Assembly (NCBI GenBank): GCA_964016885.1
Contig: OZ024743.1
Coordinates: forward strand, 60,078,001-60,142,000
DNA length: 64,000 nt
Source of the DNA: Eledone cirrhosa
Taxonomy: Eukaryota
Direction of reading: 5' to 3'
Shown here piece after piece: positions 14,685 to 29,110 of the stretch. A program made the position numbers and the translations under genes. The notes beneath the pieces are model-generated. The model was not told the origin of the DNA. It saw only the letters and a program-made list of their open reading frames with translations, and did no database searches. Every line of letters starts with the position of its first letter. Within the stretch, counting starts at the first letter, position 1.

Positions 14685-16696
14685 TATATAGAATTCACAA
14701 GAATCAAAGCTATGTTCAAAGCATTTATTCACTTACAATTGTTTCATCCAAACCTAGTCTTGGGGTCTGCGGAGCATTTTTCAATGCCTATACATATAAT
14801 TGACCCCCTATCCAACGCAAGGGACATACAGATACATATATATATATATTGATGTACAGTGGAGTGACATATATTATACGATACTATATTTGTACAGCAA
14901 TTCAAATTTAAAATCAAAATTAAAATACATGCGGCAGATAACACAGATAATGTAAGAGGATAGTTCCATAATCAGATCTAGTAGATAGTGTATGCGTTAG
15001 TCATATATGGTGCATGCAAGTGTGTCTCATTTATATACGAGTATTGTGTGGCAAGGTGTTACATGTAATGCAAGCACTTTAAGCGGGTAAGCAAGAGTAT
15101 TATGGTGGTTGTAATGGGAGTGTATTTTTTGTATAGATCAAAAAAATATGTGTGCAGGAAAATAAAAATAAAAAGAAAAAGAAAAAGAAAAATAAAAATA
15201 AAAATAAAAAGAAAGTTATGGTTTTCGCATCCACCACCATTTTCACATTCGGAAAAAGGAAGTTATAGTTTTCACATCCATCACATATGCTACGATGAAT
15301 TCGTATTGAATGTTTGATGTAGTAAATAATTGTAACGTATTGAGGCTCGGTGTTATTTAATCCATATTTATAGAATAGGTTCTTTCTGCTGCGAGAATTT
15401 ACAGTGGTTTATTATCCGGAAGTAGGTACGTAATTAAGTGGAGTTAATGCGTAAGGGGAGGTAACTAGATGATTCTCATAACTAAATTCATTGTTCTAAC
15501 ATATATTATATGGTGCCTTAATTGAGTCCCTTATATAAAAGGTTATATATTTATATTTAATTTCAAATACAGTCTACTCTCAAAACATATCAAAGGACCA
15601 ATTAGAATGTTGTCTACATAACCCCGGGTAAGCTATGGAGCAGCGTACGGCTGTTTTAATGATAAAATCAAATACATCTCTTAGGTAAACAAATACATCT
15701 CTCATTTACAATGTCATTAATCTATCCATCAATATGCATATATAATCCATATACAATTCATTGCACCACCCTGCATATAAGTTAGACATATCCCTTATGT
15801 TAATAAATTAATCCTATATATATCTGATGTTATTACTCTATACATTTAACTACAGATGCATATATAATTCACTGCCGTATCTAGTATTTAAAGTTTATAT
15901 AGACTGTATTATATTTTAATCCCTATATAATTATAAGTAATTAAAAGTAATTATATTAAAAGTTGGTGTTTATGGGGTTATTTCTAGGGTATAAAGTTAT
16001 AGATATATAGAATGATTTGTGTTGAGGAAAGGGTGGATCAGAGAGTGTGGTGTAGTGGTGGAGGGCAAGCTCTTGAGGTGCAGTATTAAAAGTGGTGATG
16101 AATTCAAATCTGACATTGTTATATACTAGGTTTAAAGCTTTTGAAGGAGTGTCTGAAGCGGTGCTGGCACGACGCAAACACTTCCGATTATAGTATGCGT
16201 CTCTAGTACACTAGGTTACATAATTTATTAGGTGGTTTGTACGATGACGCCTTACCTATCACTTCCCATTGAAGTGTATATTATCTATTTCTAGTTTTCA
16301 GATAGTGTATGTTGCTAGATAGTGAAGTGGAGTGGGCTAAACTGTGTTTTTTGAAAGAATGGAGATGTGAGTTGTATCTCGTTTTGAAGCAGTTCGAAGT
16401 AGAGCCTATATAGGTTTCAGAAGAGTTGCTAGTTCTGACCGTGCATGAGTAGATGATGTCCTTGATTAAGCAGTTTTTACCTGAATTGCTGTACAAATAT
16501 AGTATAGTATAATATATGTCACTCCACTGAACATCAATATATATATATATATATATGTATCTGTATGTCTCTTGCGTTGGACAGGATGTCAATTATATGT
16601 ACAGGCATTGAAAAATGGTCCGAAGACTCCAAGCCTAGTTTGGATGAAACAATTGTAAGGGAATAAATGCTTTGAACATAGTTTTGATTCTTGTGA

Positions 16697-16705
<9 letters not shown>
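14685..16705 (-). mobile_element. PLE remnant: GIY-YIG fragment enclosed by ~220-bp inverted arms carrying degenerate HHRs
   Basis: Arms 14685-14904 and 16481-16705 are reverse complements. GIY-YIG fragment CLIKDIIYSCTV..TYIGSTSNCFKTRYNSH at ~16200-16480. HHR-like CCGAAGA-c-tccaa..ttgga-t-GAAA-caattg-TA at 16620-16657. Confidence 0.75.
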
Positions 16706-16737
<32 letters not shown>

Positions 16738-16740
<3 letters not shown>

Positions 16741-16935
16741 TGTAATCTTAGTTTTACGAATATTGAAAATAATATTCGATTTGTTCCCAATTATGCAAAC
16801 TGCCACTTTTAAGCCATGTCAGTAGAATGAGCCCCTCATTCTTGCTCCTGTGTTGGCATGTAAACAGAAACTATAGACACTAAAGTTTCTGGGTGATTAC
16901 CCTTCATCGGTGCAGTTTAGTGTTCAGCTGCCAAC
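16738..16935 (-). mobile_element. Partial copy of family B with degenerate HHR
   Basis: Minus strand reads aaactgca-CCGATGA-a-gggt-aatc-accc-a-GAAA-ctttagtg-TC-tatagttt. Confidence 0.65.
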
Positions 16936-16936
16936 T

Positions 16937-16974
<38 letters not shown>

Positions 16975-17069
16975 GGGGGGGGGGTGTATGTGTGTGTCTG
17001 TGTCTGTGTGTGTGTGTGTGTATGTGCCTACGTGCGTGCGTGAGTGCGTGTATATATATATATATATAT

Positions 17070-17246
17070 AATTGTTTCTACTTTAGGCACAAGGCCAGTA
17101 ATTACCCAGTGCATTACTCGTACTTTATTTTATCGACCCCGTAAGGCTGAAAGTCAAAGTCAACCTCGGCGGGATTTGAACTCAGATCGTAAAGGGACGT
17201 AACTATGCTGGAAAGCATGGCGTCCGACCCTCTACCGATACTGCCA
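17070..17246 (-). mobile_element. tRNA-derived SINE (Meta/MESC-type central domain)
   Basis: Reverse complement of the 26637-27019 SINEs, with A box tggcagtatcgg and B box gagttcaaatccc. Confidence 0.9.
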
Positions 17247-17839
17247 TATATATAATGCGATATATATAATGGAGGTAAATATACGAGAGTCTCACTATGC
17301 ATGTTATGAGATGTGTTCATATAACATCTATTTCAGTTGCTGTTGAGAATGCCAGAAATAAGGCCCTGGATTTTACCTTCGTCATTCACATTTATACAGT
17401 CGATATTGAAAGGAGATTTGGCTAAACTGCATATTATTTTTGGGCAGGAAACATCACCTTGGTATTCACATTTGCATACGTGTTAGAGCAACTGCTAATT
17501 ACTCCTAGCTACTCTGGATCTCATTATATTGAAATGAGCATTACCAGCCAATCTTAGTTACATCCTGAGAAGGGAATACTAATCTGCATATCATTAGTGA
17601 TCATTTTGGTAGTTAATCTAAACATATATTCATTTGTGCGGTAAGAAACTGAAGTAAACAAAAAGGTTATATCTGCATATCGACAGAATAAAATCAGTCG
17701 TAAAGTTTATCAGCATGTTTTAGTATATAAGAATATAAACATACCAATTTCCTGTAAATTAAAAATGTGCTTTCTTTATTCTCTCTATTCTGTTCCTTGC
17801 TGGTAAACCTATCCACACACACATGTATATATATATATA

Positions 17840-19292
<1,453 letters not shown>

Positions 19293-19294
<2 letters not shown>

Positions 19295-19387
19295 GACAAC
19301 CTCTGAAAGAATCAACTTCACATTTACCTCACAACAAAATACCAAATTATACTATCTTCATATGTACATTCATTCAGAGGTTGTCTA
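19293..19387. mobile_element. 95-bp mini-MITE with ~19-bp TIRs (other copies at 21897-21991 and partial at ~22630)
   Basis: tagacaacctctgaaagaa ... ttcattcagaggttgtcta, sitting in (TA)n. Confidence 0.7.
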
Positions 19388-19419
19388 CATATATATATAT
19401 ATATGTATATATATTTGAA

Positions 19420-19471
<52 letters not shown>

Positions 19472-19714
19472 GTAAGTATGCATGTATACGTACATACATA
19501 TATGTATACAGACGTACAGTAGCATGCACATATATATATATATATACATATATACATACATACATATGCATACAGGTACACATACATATATGCACGTATC
19601 AGTTTAGCGGCGCTAACGTCGCTTTGTTCGTTTGTAAACAAACTGAACAGCCTGAATTTATGCCATACGGTGTTAAGGCAACCACGTCACCTTTTTGTTC
19701 AACACTGACACAGG

Positions 19715-19759
19715 AACGATGTACTAGTTTCAAGCTTGTTAGCTATCATCAGCACCGTT
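19715..19759 (-). ncRNA. Minimal type I hammerhead, family A
   Basis: aacggtg-CTGATGA-t-agct-aaca-agct-t-GAAA-ctag-TA-catcgtt, with palindromic ACTAGT at stem/loop III. Confidence 0.9.
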
Positions 19760-20184
19760 TACCCATCTGCCAGATAGTTGAACGTTAGAAAGTATATACT
19801 TTCCTTATGAAAATTAACGGCTGAGCAGCCTAATTTGCATATTGAGTGAGTTAAATCGGTCAGGCATACCGAAAACGATAAATTGAAACAAAATGAAAAC
19901 GAAATTTCATTTCTCACTCTTAGTATGGCACTTACTTAAATGTAAGTATGCATGTATGCGTACATACATATATGTATACAGACGTACAGTAGCATGCACA
20001 TATATATATATATATACATATATACATACATACATATGCATACAGGTACACATACATATATGCACGTATCAGTTTAGCGGCGCTAACGTCGCTTTGTTCG
20101 TTTGTAAACAAACTGAACAGCCTGAATTTATGCCATACGGTGTTAAGGCAACCACGTCACCTTTTTGTTCAACACTGACACAGG

Positions 20185-20229
20185 AACGATGTACTAGTTT
20201 CAAGCTTGTTAACTATCATCAGCACCGTT
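20185..20229 (-). ncRNA. Minimal type I hammerhead, family A
   Basis: Same motif; stem II variant agtt/agct keeps pairing through a U-G wobble. Confidence 0.88.
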
Positions 20230-21007
20230 TACCCATCTGCCAGATAGTTGAACGTTCGAAAGTATATACTTTCCTTATGAAAATTAACGGCTGAGCAGCC
20301 TAATTTGCATATTGAGTGAGTTAAATCGGTCAGGCATACCGAAAACGATAAATTGAAACAAAATGAAAACGAAATTTCATTTCTCACTCTTAGTATGGCA
20401 CTTACTTAAATGTAAGTATGCATGTATACGTACATACATATATGTATACAGACGTACAGTAGCATGCACATATATATATATATATACATACATACATATG
20501 CATACAGGTACACATACATATATGCACGTATCAGTTTAGCGGCGCTAACGTCGCTTTGTTCGTTTGTAAACAAACTGAACAGCCTGAATTTATGCCATAC
20601 GGTGTTAAGGCAACCACGTCACCTTTTTGTTCAACACTGACACAGGAACGATGTACTAGTTTCAAGCTTGTTAGCTATCAAAGCGACGTTAGCGCCGCTA
20701 AACTGATACGTGCATATATGTATGTGTACCTGTATGCATATGTATGTATGTATATATATATATATATGTGCATGCTACTGTACGTCTGTATACATATATG
20801 TATGTACGTATACATGCATACTTACATTTAAGTAAGTGCCATACTAAGAGTGAGAAATGAAATTTCGTTTTCATTTTGTTTCAATTTATCGTTTTCGGTA
20901 TGCCTGACCGATTTAACTCACTCAATATGCAAATTAGGCTGCTCAGCCGTTAATTTTCATAAGGAAAGTATATACTTTCGAACGTTCAACTATCTGGCAG
21001 ATGGGTA

Positions 21008-21052
21008 AACGGTGCTGATGATAGTTAACAAGCTTGAAACTAGTACATCGTT
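21008..21052 (+). ncRNA. Minimal type I hammerhead, family A
   Basis: aacggtgCTGATGAtagttaacaagcttGAAActagTAcatcgtt. Confidence 0.88.
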
Positions 21053-21477
21053 CCTGTGTCAGTGTTGAACAAAAAGGTGACGTGGTTGCCTTAACACCGT
21101 ATGGCATAAATTCAGGCTGTTCAGTTTGTTTACAAACGAACAAAGCGACGTTAGCGCCGCTAAACTGATACGTGCATATATGTATGTGTACCTGTATGCA
21201 TATGTATGTATGTATATATGTATATATATATATATATGTGCATGCTACTGTACGTCTGTATACATATATGTATGTACGTATACATGCATACTTACATTTA
21301 AGTAAGTGCCATACTAAGAGTGAGAAATGAAATTTCGTTTTCATTTTGTTTCAATTTATCGTTTTCGGTATGCCTGACCGATTTAACTCACTCAATATGC
21401 AAATTAGGCTGCTCAGCCGTTAATTTTCATAAGGAAAGTATATACTTTCGAACGTTCAACTATCTGGCAGATGGGTA

Positions 21478-21522
21478 AACGGTGCTGATGATAGCTAACA
21501 AGCTTGAAACTAGTACATCGTT
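21478..21522 (+). ncRNA. Minimal type I hammerhead, family A
   Basis: aacggtgCTGATGAtagctaacaagcttGAAActagTAcatcgtt. Confidence 0.9.
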
Positions 21523-21828
21523 CCTGTGTCAGTGTTGAACAAAAAGGTGACGTGGTTGCCTTAACACCGTATGGCATAAATTCAGGCTGTTCAGTTTGTT
21601 TACAAACGAACAAAGCGACGTTAGCGCCGCTAAACTGATACGTGCATATATGTATGTGTCCTGTATGCATATGTATGTATGTATGTATATATGTATATAT
21701 ATATATATATATGTGCATGCTACTGTACGTCTGTATACATATATGTATGTACGTATACATGCATACTTACATTTAAGTAAGTGCCATACTAAGAGTGAGA
21801 AATGAAATTTCGTTTTCATTTTGTTTCA

Positions 21829-21897
<69 letters not shown>

Positions 21898-21996
21898 AGA
21901 CAACCTTTCAATGAATCAACTACACATTTACCTCACAACAAAGTACCAAATCATATTATCTTCATATGTACAGTTATTCAGAGGTTGACTATATAC

Positions 21997-22032
<36 letters not shown>

Positions 22033-22037
22033 ATATA

Positions 22038-22549
22038 TATTGTTATACTTTGCGAGGGTCATGTTGCCAATAAGAAATACACGCAGATGCTTTACCTCCA
22101 ATTTATTATAAATTGAATTATAAATTTAAAGATTTATAAATTTATATATTTCCAGTTGGCTTGTTGGTTCCACAACCGGACGATTGTTCATATATTGTCA
22201 AAGTTCTTTCGTCACAGATTCTATTACCAATTCAGTGACTGGGGATCCTTTTCTTTGTTTTGTGGCTCTCCTTTGTTGAACACACACAAAAACAAGATGG
22301 CTAGGATATAACAAAGGAGAGGAACCTTACAAAGAAAAGAATCCCCAGTCACTGAAGAGGTCACAGAATGTGTGACGAAAGAACTTTGACAATATATGAA
22401 CAAGCGTCCGGTTGTGGAACCAACCAACCGGAAATTTATAAATTTATAAATTTTAAAATTTCTAATTTAATTTATAATAAATTGGAGTGAAAGTAACTGG
22501 TGCGTGTGTTTCTTATTGGCAACATGACCCTCCCAAAGTATAACAATAT
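22038..22549. mobile_element. ~510-bp foldback element with an HHR in its arms (family D); partial copy at ~45150-45230
   Basis: Arms 22038-22260 and 22329-22549 are reverse complements (attgttatactttgcgagggtcatgttgccaataagaaa...). Confidence 0.85.
22348..22390 (+). ncRNA. Minimal type I hammerhead, family D
   Basis: gtca-CTGAAGA-g-gtcac-agaatgt-gtgac-GAAA-gaac-TT-tgac; a degenerate mirror copy lies at 22197-22239. Confidence 0.75.
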
Positions 22550-25500
22550 CGGTTTCAATACACGTTTTCAGATAAAGAATCTTGCTAAACAAATTTAGAA
22601 ACGAAAAAAAAATATATATATATATTTATTAGACAACCTTTCAATGAATCAACTTCACATTTACCTCACAACAAAATACCGAAGTATACTACATCTCACC
22701 TCATTCAAAGGATCAAATACATTAGTAATATGTAATCACAGCAGAGAGACATTCACAGATGGGCTAAAGTCATTTTATGCCTGCTTAATTTCTTCGATTT
22801 TTCTCGTGGCAAACAGCCACGGGGAACACTGTAATGCGGTATTGTTCTACTTTAATTATAGGTCTTTTTTTTTTAAACTATGCAATGATCATAACAAACG
22901 TTATATTTTGCTTCCTTTCAGAGGTTCCAAACTTATTTGTTTCTACTTACAGGAAAGGCGTCGTATAGTGGCACTCAATCGGTTACGATGACAATTTTTC
23001 CATTTCATACCATCAACGGAACAGACTGCTTGTGAAATAAACGTGCAAGTAGCTGAACACTCTGCAAACACGAGCATCTTTAATGTGGTTGTCTCTGATT
23101 ATCATCATCACATAGTATGTGACAAGGCTGGCTCTTTGAATTACAGTTATAACGGATTTTTGGCCAGCTGAGTGGACTGAATTAACGTGAAATAAATTGT
23201 CTTGCTCAAGATCATATCGCGCCACCGGATATCGAATTCCCTAAATACAAAGTCATGTATTTTACACGGAGTGGGGTCGTACAAATATGCTAATTCTAAA
23301 TAAATATTTGAATCATACTTTTTTTTATCAATCTCGAAAAACAGTTAAGCATCATTGATTCAGGTGCCATTTGAACACAAGATATACAAATATGTAGCTA
23401 AAGCGTAGATTGCAGTTACACAGCATTATAACGTGCTAACATTCCTTAGTTGTTTATAGATCTTTCTATATATATATATTATAACATTGCCATATGGTAG
23501 TCACAATTGCATGGTAAATTAAATTCACCAATTATTTGGGGTTCCATGTATGAACTGTTTTGCATGTGATATTCAATAAACTTCGCATGAATGCATGATT
23601 ACTACATCATATCAGTTCTTATCTGCTATATCTGCCGGCATTTTCCGTTATACATTTTATTTTTGCCTTTATCTTATGTATTACATGCATTAACCGTTAT
23701 TTTGCACATCACATATCAAACCATCAAGTATCAAACCATCAAGTATTCTTAAATTCCATTTAGAAAAAGTTTTCTTTTCCAGTTAAACTTGAAGGAATGG
23801 CATATTCATGAATTTCCGATTTTATAATCAGAAATATTTGCATCTTCACAAGTACAACAATAACCAAGTTGAAATCTTTAATTTCTTTTTATCTGTCCTG
23901 GGGCAGTTGTTTTATATATTTATATTTCAAGGATTTAAGATGGCAGGAGACACAGCATGCATATTCTATGTTCATTTACTTTTGTCATCATTCTAATAGA
24001 TAGGATGCACCAAAGACTTGCATTCTTTATTATTAGATTTCGTAGATTGCAACCATTGGTAACCTTTTGAATTAACAACTAATATACTTGGCAAAATATG
24101 ACACTGTTTATATAGCTTGTTGCAATTAATCTAAATAAGGACTTTTAGACAAGATCGAGATGCCAAAATATTTGTGCGTCACATCTTATATATAATATAT
24201 ACATCAATAAATTGTTCAATAATCAGAATATAATTAGGGGTATTAATAATGTTGCATATTTTATTTTGATGTAGATGCAGCACAGTCGCAATCGACATCC
24301 TGGGTTCTATCCAACTCTGTAACATTTTGGGCGTCATTTACCACAAGTGTGTGAAATGGGATAGATGGTGACTGGCGTGTGTTTTATATTTCTAATTCAA
24401 ATGACCATTTTTGATACATTGTATCACGCTTAGCTCTCCTAAGAATACCTGATGGCTATCTGTGGAATAGTCAAATACTTGCACGTTAAATAAAAAGGCA
24501 AGCTGCTACATTGAAACCCTCATTATTGAAACCACATGTTTATTCCCTTCGTTTTCGATTTCCTACGTTGTCATGAAAGGAAATTCAGAGAAAACAGCAT
24601 TTCAGAACATTTTGCATAACTTTTAAAATACTCTATGTGTAATTTTTTTTTTCTTTTACGGTGAACCAATGTTCCTTCGTACGGAAAGCTATGGCATCTA
24701 TAGGCAGATGTGTGAAGCAATAAGCCTGATCATTTTTTCGACATACCCTTAGTTTTGATATCAAGAATATAGTAGCAAATGTTGATCTTCACCTAATGTT
24801 ACAGATACTTCACGTATCGGCGACGGCTTTCTGTAACTATCCCTGTCGGATACAAAGAATGTCACTGTTAATATAGCATTAAATAGGTACCTTATTATTG
24901 TTTTTTCCTCTGCCTGTAGGACAGCTGAAAACATCAGACATGTTAGCAGCCTATCATACTTGCGCTTAAATTTCGCATGCCTCACCTTCGTCTGTTGCCA
25001 ATAATAATTGCAAACGTCGTAGTCAATATTACACTCAAATTTCCATTGTTTGAAGAGATGGAGTTTCGCACTTGTTTGGCAATGCTTCTATATGAGCGTG
25101 TTTCAGTCTTTTCGTTTCTCAGCACAACTAAGTGTATTACTGGAATCACTCTCAGCAGTATTATTTTCTAAACAAATTGCAGTATTTTCACCAAAGAAAT
25201 ATCAGTATATTGCTGCAAACTAATTCTCTTCATGCTCTCCCTTTTTGAAAGAATTGAAAGTATTTGTGTAAATGGTTGTATCATTGATATACATCATAAC
25301 AGCCTATTCAGTAGAACAAAGTCCACGGGGCTATCTAAGCATATGTTAAAATAGTTTTCCCTTTGTGCAGCCACACCTTCTGTTTAACACTTCCAGATGA
25401 CTACAATCCATTAGAAACCTCTATTGTCCACGTTTGATATTTGACTAGCTATGGACTCATTAATTATAACCTACAACAAATTACTGTAATATATATGGAA

Positions 25501-25564
25501 ATACTTATTTGACTAATAAGTGTGATATATCTTCCACGTTCAGAGGTCCAATTTGCTATATACC

Positions 25565-25685
<121 letters not shown>

Positions 25686-25701
25686 TTATATACATATATT
25701 A

Positions 25702-25735
<34 letters not shown>

Positions 25736-26636
25736 ATGTGTGTATGTGTGTGTGTTTGTGTGCATGTGTGTATGTGTGTATGTGTATGTGTATGCAGGAT
25801 ATCCGTAGATGAAATGCTAAGGACGAAAATGCAAGTGAGATTATTGAGTACAATTACAATTTCATACACTGAACCTGTATGTGTGACGTTAGGTTTCGGT
25901 GTCCAGTTATGGCTAACCCTTTATCGTGTAGAAGCTGTTTCAATATTGGCCGCTTATCGGGGGCCAGGACTAAATTACGAAATAACCGTGAACCCATTAT
26001 ATGTGATTTTAATGCAGTGAAGAGATCGTCACAAGAACGAGGGATATTATTCCTGAATTCCGTACTTTTTAGTGATAGAAAATGTGAAAAGTGCGTATGT
26101 GGTATATGTGCATAACATACGTTATAAGATAAGTACCTAAAAAAATGATATACTTTAAAGAAGTTCGTTACAAATGGAGATTGTAGACTAATTTCCGTGT
26201 GCGCCCAAGGAAGGCTCCTCCACTATACGGTTGTGGCTATACATGAACCCCGAGACGTAAAGTTGCATGTGGATGTTAAGTGTATGAAATTTTAATTATA
26301 CTATATATATATATGGGAGGTGCGTGCGTGAATGTATGTTGATCTAGGTTTGCGGTGCGTGAAGGTTTAGGTTTTTGGTCGTGAATTCGATTCTGGCCGG
26401 TGAATTGTGGACTCGAGCAAGACATTCTATTGCATGCATCACAAGTCCTATCATCTTTTCGCTCACACTGCCACGCTGATGTTCCCTGAGAATTCTGTTA
26501 AATGTGCATGCGTCTTTTTAAATGAGCCCCCATTTGCACGTTAATGTCACACACACACATACATATATATGTATATGTGCACCTATGTGTGTGTGAGTGT
26601 GTGTCTATGTTTGTATAACATTATGAAGATGTATGC

Positions 26637-27019
26637 GGGTGGTGGATTGGCAGTATCGGTAGAGGGTCGGACGCCATGCTTTCCAGCATAGTTACGTCCC
26701 TTTACGATCTGAGTTCAAATCCCGCCGAGGTTGACTTTGCCTTTCATCCTTACGGGGTCGATAAAATAAAGTACCAGTAATGCACTGAGTAATTGCTGGC
26801 CTTGTGCCTAAAGTAGAAACAATTATGAAGATGTATGCGGTGGATTGGCAGTATCGGTAGAGGGTCGGACGCCATGCTTTCCAGTATAGTTACGTCCCTT
26901 TACGATCTGAGTTCAAATCCCGCCGAGGTTGACTTTGCCTTTCATCCTTACGGGGTCGATAAAATAAAGTACCAGTAATGCACTGGGTAATTGCTGGCAT
27001 TGTGCCTAAAGTAGAAACA
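26637..27019 (+). mobile_element. Tandem pair of tRNA-derived SINEs (Meta/MESC-type domain)
   Basis: Copies at 26637-26820 and 26839-27019, each with A/B boxes and gcctttcatccttacggggtcgataaaataaagtaccag. The 17-bp sequence attatgaagatgtatgc occurs at 26620, 26822 and 27020. Confidence 0.92.
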
Positions 27020-28329
27020 ATTATGAAGATGTATGCAGAACACAGCATATATAAAACCATTTAATCTAAATATGTTATAGTTATAGAATTAGAAGTCTCT
27101 CAGTGAACAGATTGGAGAGTAAACACACTTTTTTTTATTATTCCATATATACGTTTAGAAATCATGCTATAACATATATGAGTTTCAGAGAAGGATGTCA
27201 CAACATCATAAGTTAACTAAATTCATGATTCTATCTACAGCATAATTTTATATTGATCACTGTTTTTGCCAAGTACTGTGCAAAATTTAACATTAAAGGT
27301 CAGGATAATTTGCTCGCATAACCTGCATTCATTTTGCAGTGCAACTAATTAAATACAACATATTTCTGCAGATCGAAGCATATATTGGATGATGTGAAAC
27401 AGATTTAATGCAGATGTAACGATAGTTTTTGTTGGCTTTTTTTTTTTGCATCAAGAAACCTTGCTATGAAAAGTCTAATTTTTATCACAGATTAATATAT
27501 TTGACGTTTTCTGTATTATCAAAAATTAAAGACATAATATCGCAGATGTTCATGCACAACTTTACTGTAAAAAATATGTTTTCTTTAGATACATAAAATT
27601 TGTATTTTTTTTTTCTTTTTTGAGATAGTGAGGAAAATTATCAGAACAGCCTGATGGTAGATTTAGGGTTACCCTAATATGTTCAGCAATATTCTGAAAT
27701 ACTGACAGAGAAGGCACTGTGAACATTGTTTACGCCATTATAGCATAAACTAGTAATAATGCACACTGTAATTAATGTGTCCAATTAGGGGCTTAGTGAG
27801 GTTGAAAGTGGGAAAACAAGCAGTGAAGAAATTTGGGGAAAAACATAAATATTCGATCAAAAGATCAAGGAAATTAGTCGATCGTCGTATCGGACTAACA
27901 AGGTTATCTTTCCCTCATTCTTTTCATTACTGAGAAAAGACTCAGTGCTCTTTCTGTGACAAGAGTTTGGAACTTAGAAGACATAAAACCAGAACAGATA
28001 CCGCAAAATACCCCGCATGACTCTTTTATAATTCTGCTCATCCACCGCCCCAGGATTTTTATTTTATAGATTATGGAATGATGAAATGCAAAGGTAATCT
28101 CGGTGGGATTTGAACTCTCAACCCAAACCGACACGCTAACAATTCTGCAGATTCGATGCCCAGCAGAATAGTTGTCTAAATTAATAACGTAACGAGAAGT
28201 CTTCAACAATTCATTTGTAAGTCCCGTGTAGGTGAAATTTTGTTGAATCCCTTATTGAAGCAGTGGCTATTCTTCCAAAAATCTATTGTCAATCACACAT
28301 AATCAAAATAGTTTCACTGGTAGTGATGA

Positions 28330-29110
28330 TCAATAGTTCTACATGATGATCAATAGTTCTACATGATTAAATAGAATCAGTGAATAGAACAATATCCTTT
28401 GAGGGGAATGTTAATCATGTTTAGAAAGATAAAAATCAGTTAATCAGACTGTAGTAGTTTCATACAGAGAAACAAACGTTAGAGGTGTCTATTAAATGTC
28501 TCTCAATATAGGTATAAAGCGTTATCTTGTGATTTTATATTAGAACTGTAAAACAATTGGTGTGTAAAAAAATTGGTGTAAAAAAATAAATGTTGGCGGA
28601 GCAGAAAGGAATAAATGACTTAAGAAAAATGTTACATGGAAGGAAATTTAGGTGAATCCAAATAATAGGAAGGGAAGGTTTAAACATTATAAAATGATGT
28701 TCTCTAAAGTAAAGTATTTAACAGCTTAGATTAAACAAAATCGTTCATGGGCATAGCAGTAGTTTGCTGGTGGCAAGAAATATTGATAAAAAATTAAATG
28801 TAATATTAATGAGTTTGCTATCGAATGGCCAATGTACTGAAATAAAGAAAACTAATTTTCCATTACGAATATGATATGCTTGAAGAAAAATTGCCAACAG
28901 AATAGATTTAATTTTAGCAAATAATTATCAATAGCTAATGTAGTTAAATGAAATAGTTTGTCCCGAAGACAAGACAATATGTGGGAGAAGCAGAACGTTA
29001 AATTCAAATGGCACCTAGAATTATACGTTATAATGTTTCAGAGATTGTGAAATTTGGTGTGACAAAACTATTGATTTCTGGTATTGAAAAACTCGACAGT
29101 TTTCTGAGGA
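28330..29110 (+). pseudogene. Possible highly degenerate Ty3/gypsy-type pol (RNase H-integrase) remnant
   Basis: Scattered short peptides in the expected order (RREGLNII, KSFMG..WWQE, IVKFGVTKLLIS), with many stops and frameshifts. Confidence 0.3.

Larger units (their letters stand above)
19468..21834. mobile_element. Family A retrozyme-like array: ~470-bp units, about 2.6 head-to-tail, then inverted at ~20680 for about 2.5 more
   Basis: HHR positions 19715 and 20185 (minus) and 21008 and 21478 (plus) give a 470-bp period. No recognisable coding capacity; (TA)n flanks. Confidence 0.92.

Noticed and set aside
22953-22991. Possible terminal exon (ttacag|ERRRIVALNRLR*)
   Set aside because: The acceptor is plausible, but it covers only 12 codons and no upstream exons could be linked.
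26637-26730. tRNA gene
   Set aside because: A/B boxes are present, but the sequence continues into a SINE body and no cloverleaf is supported.
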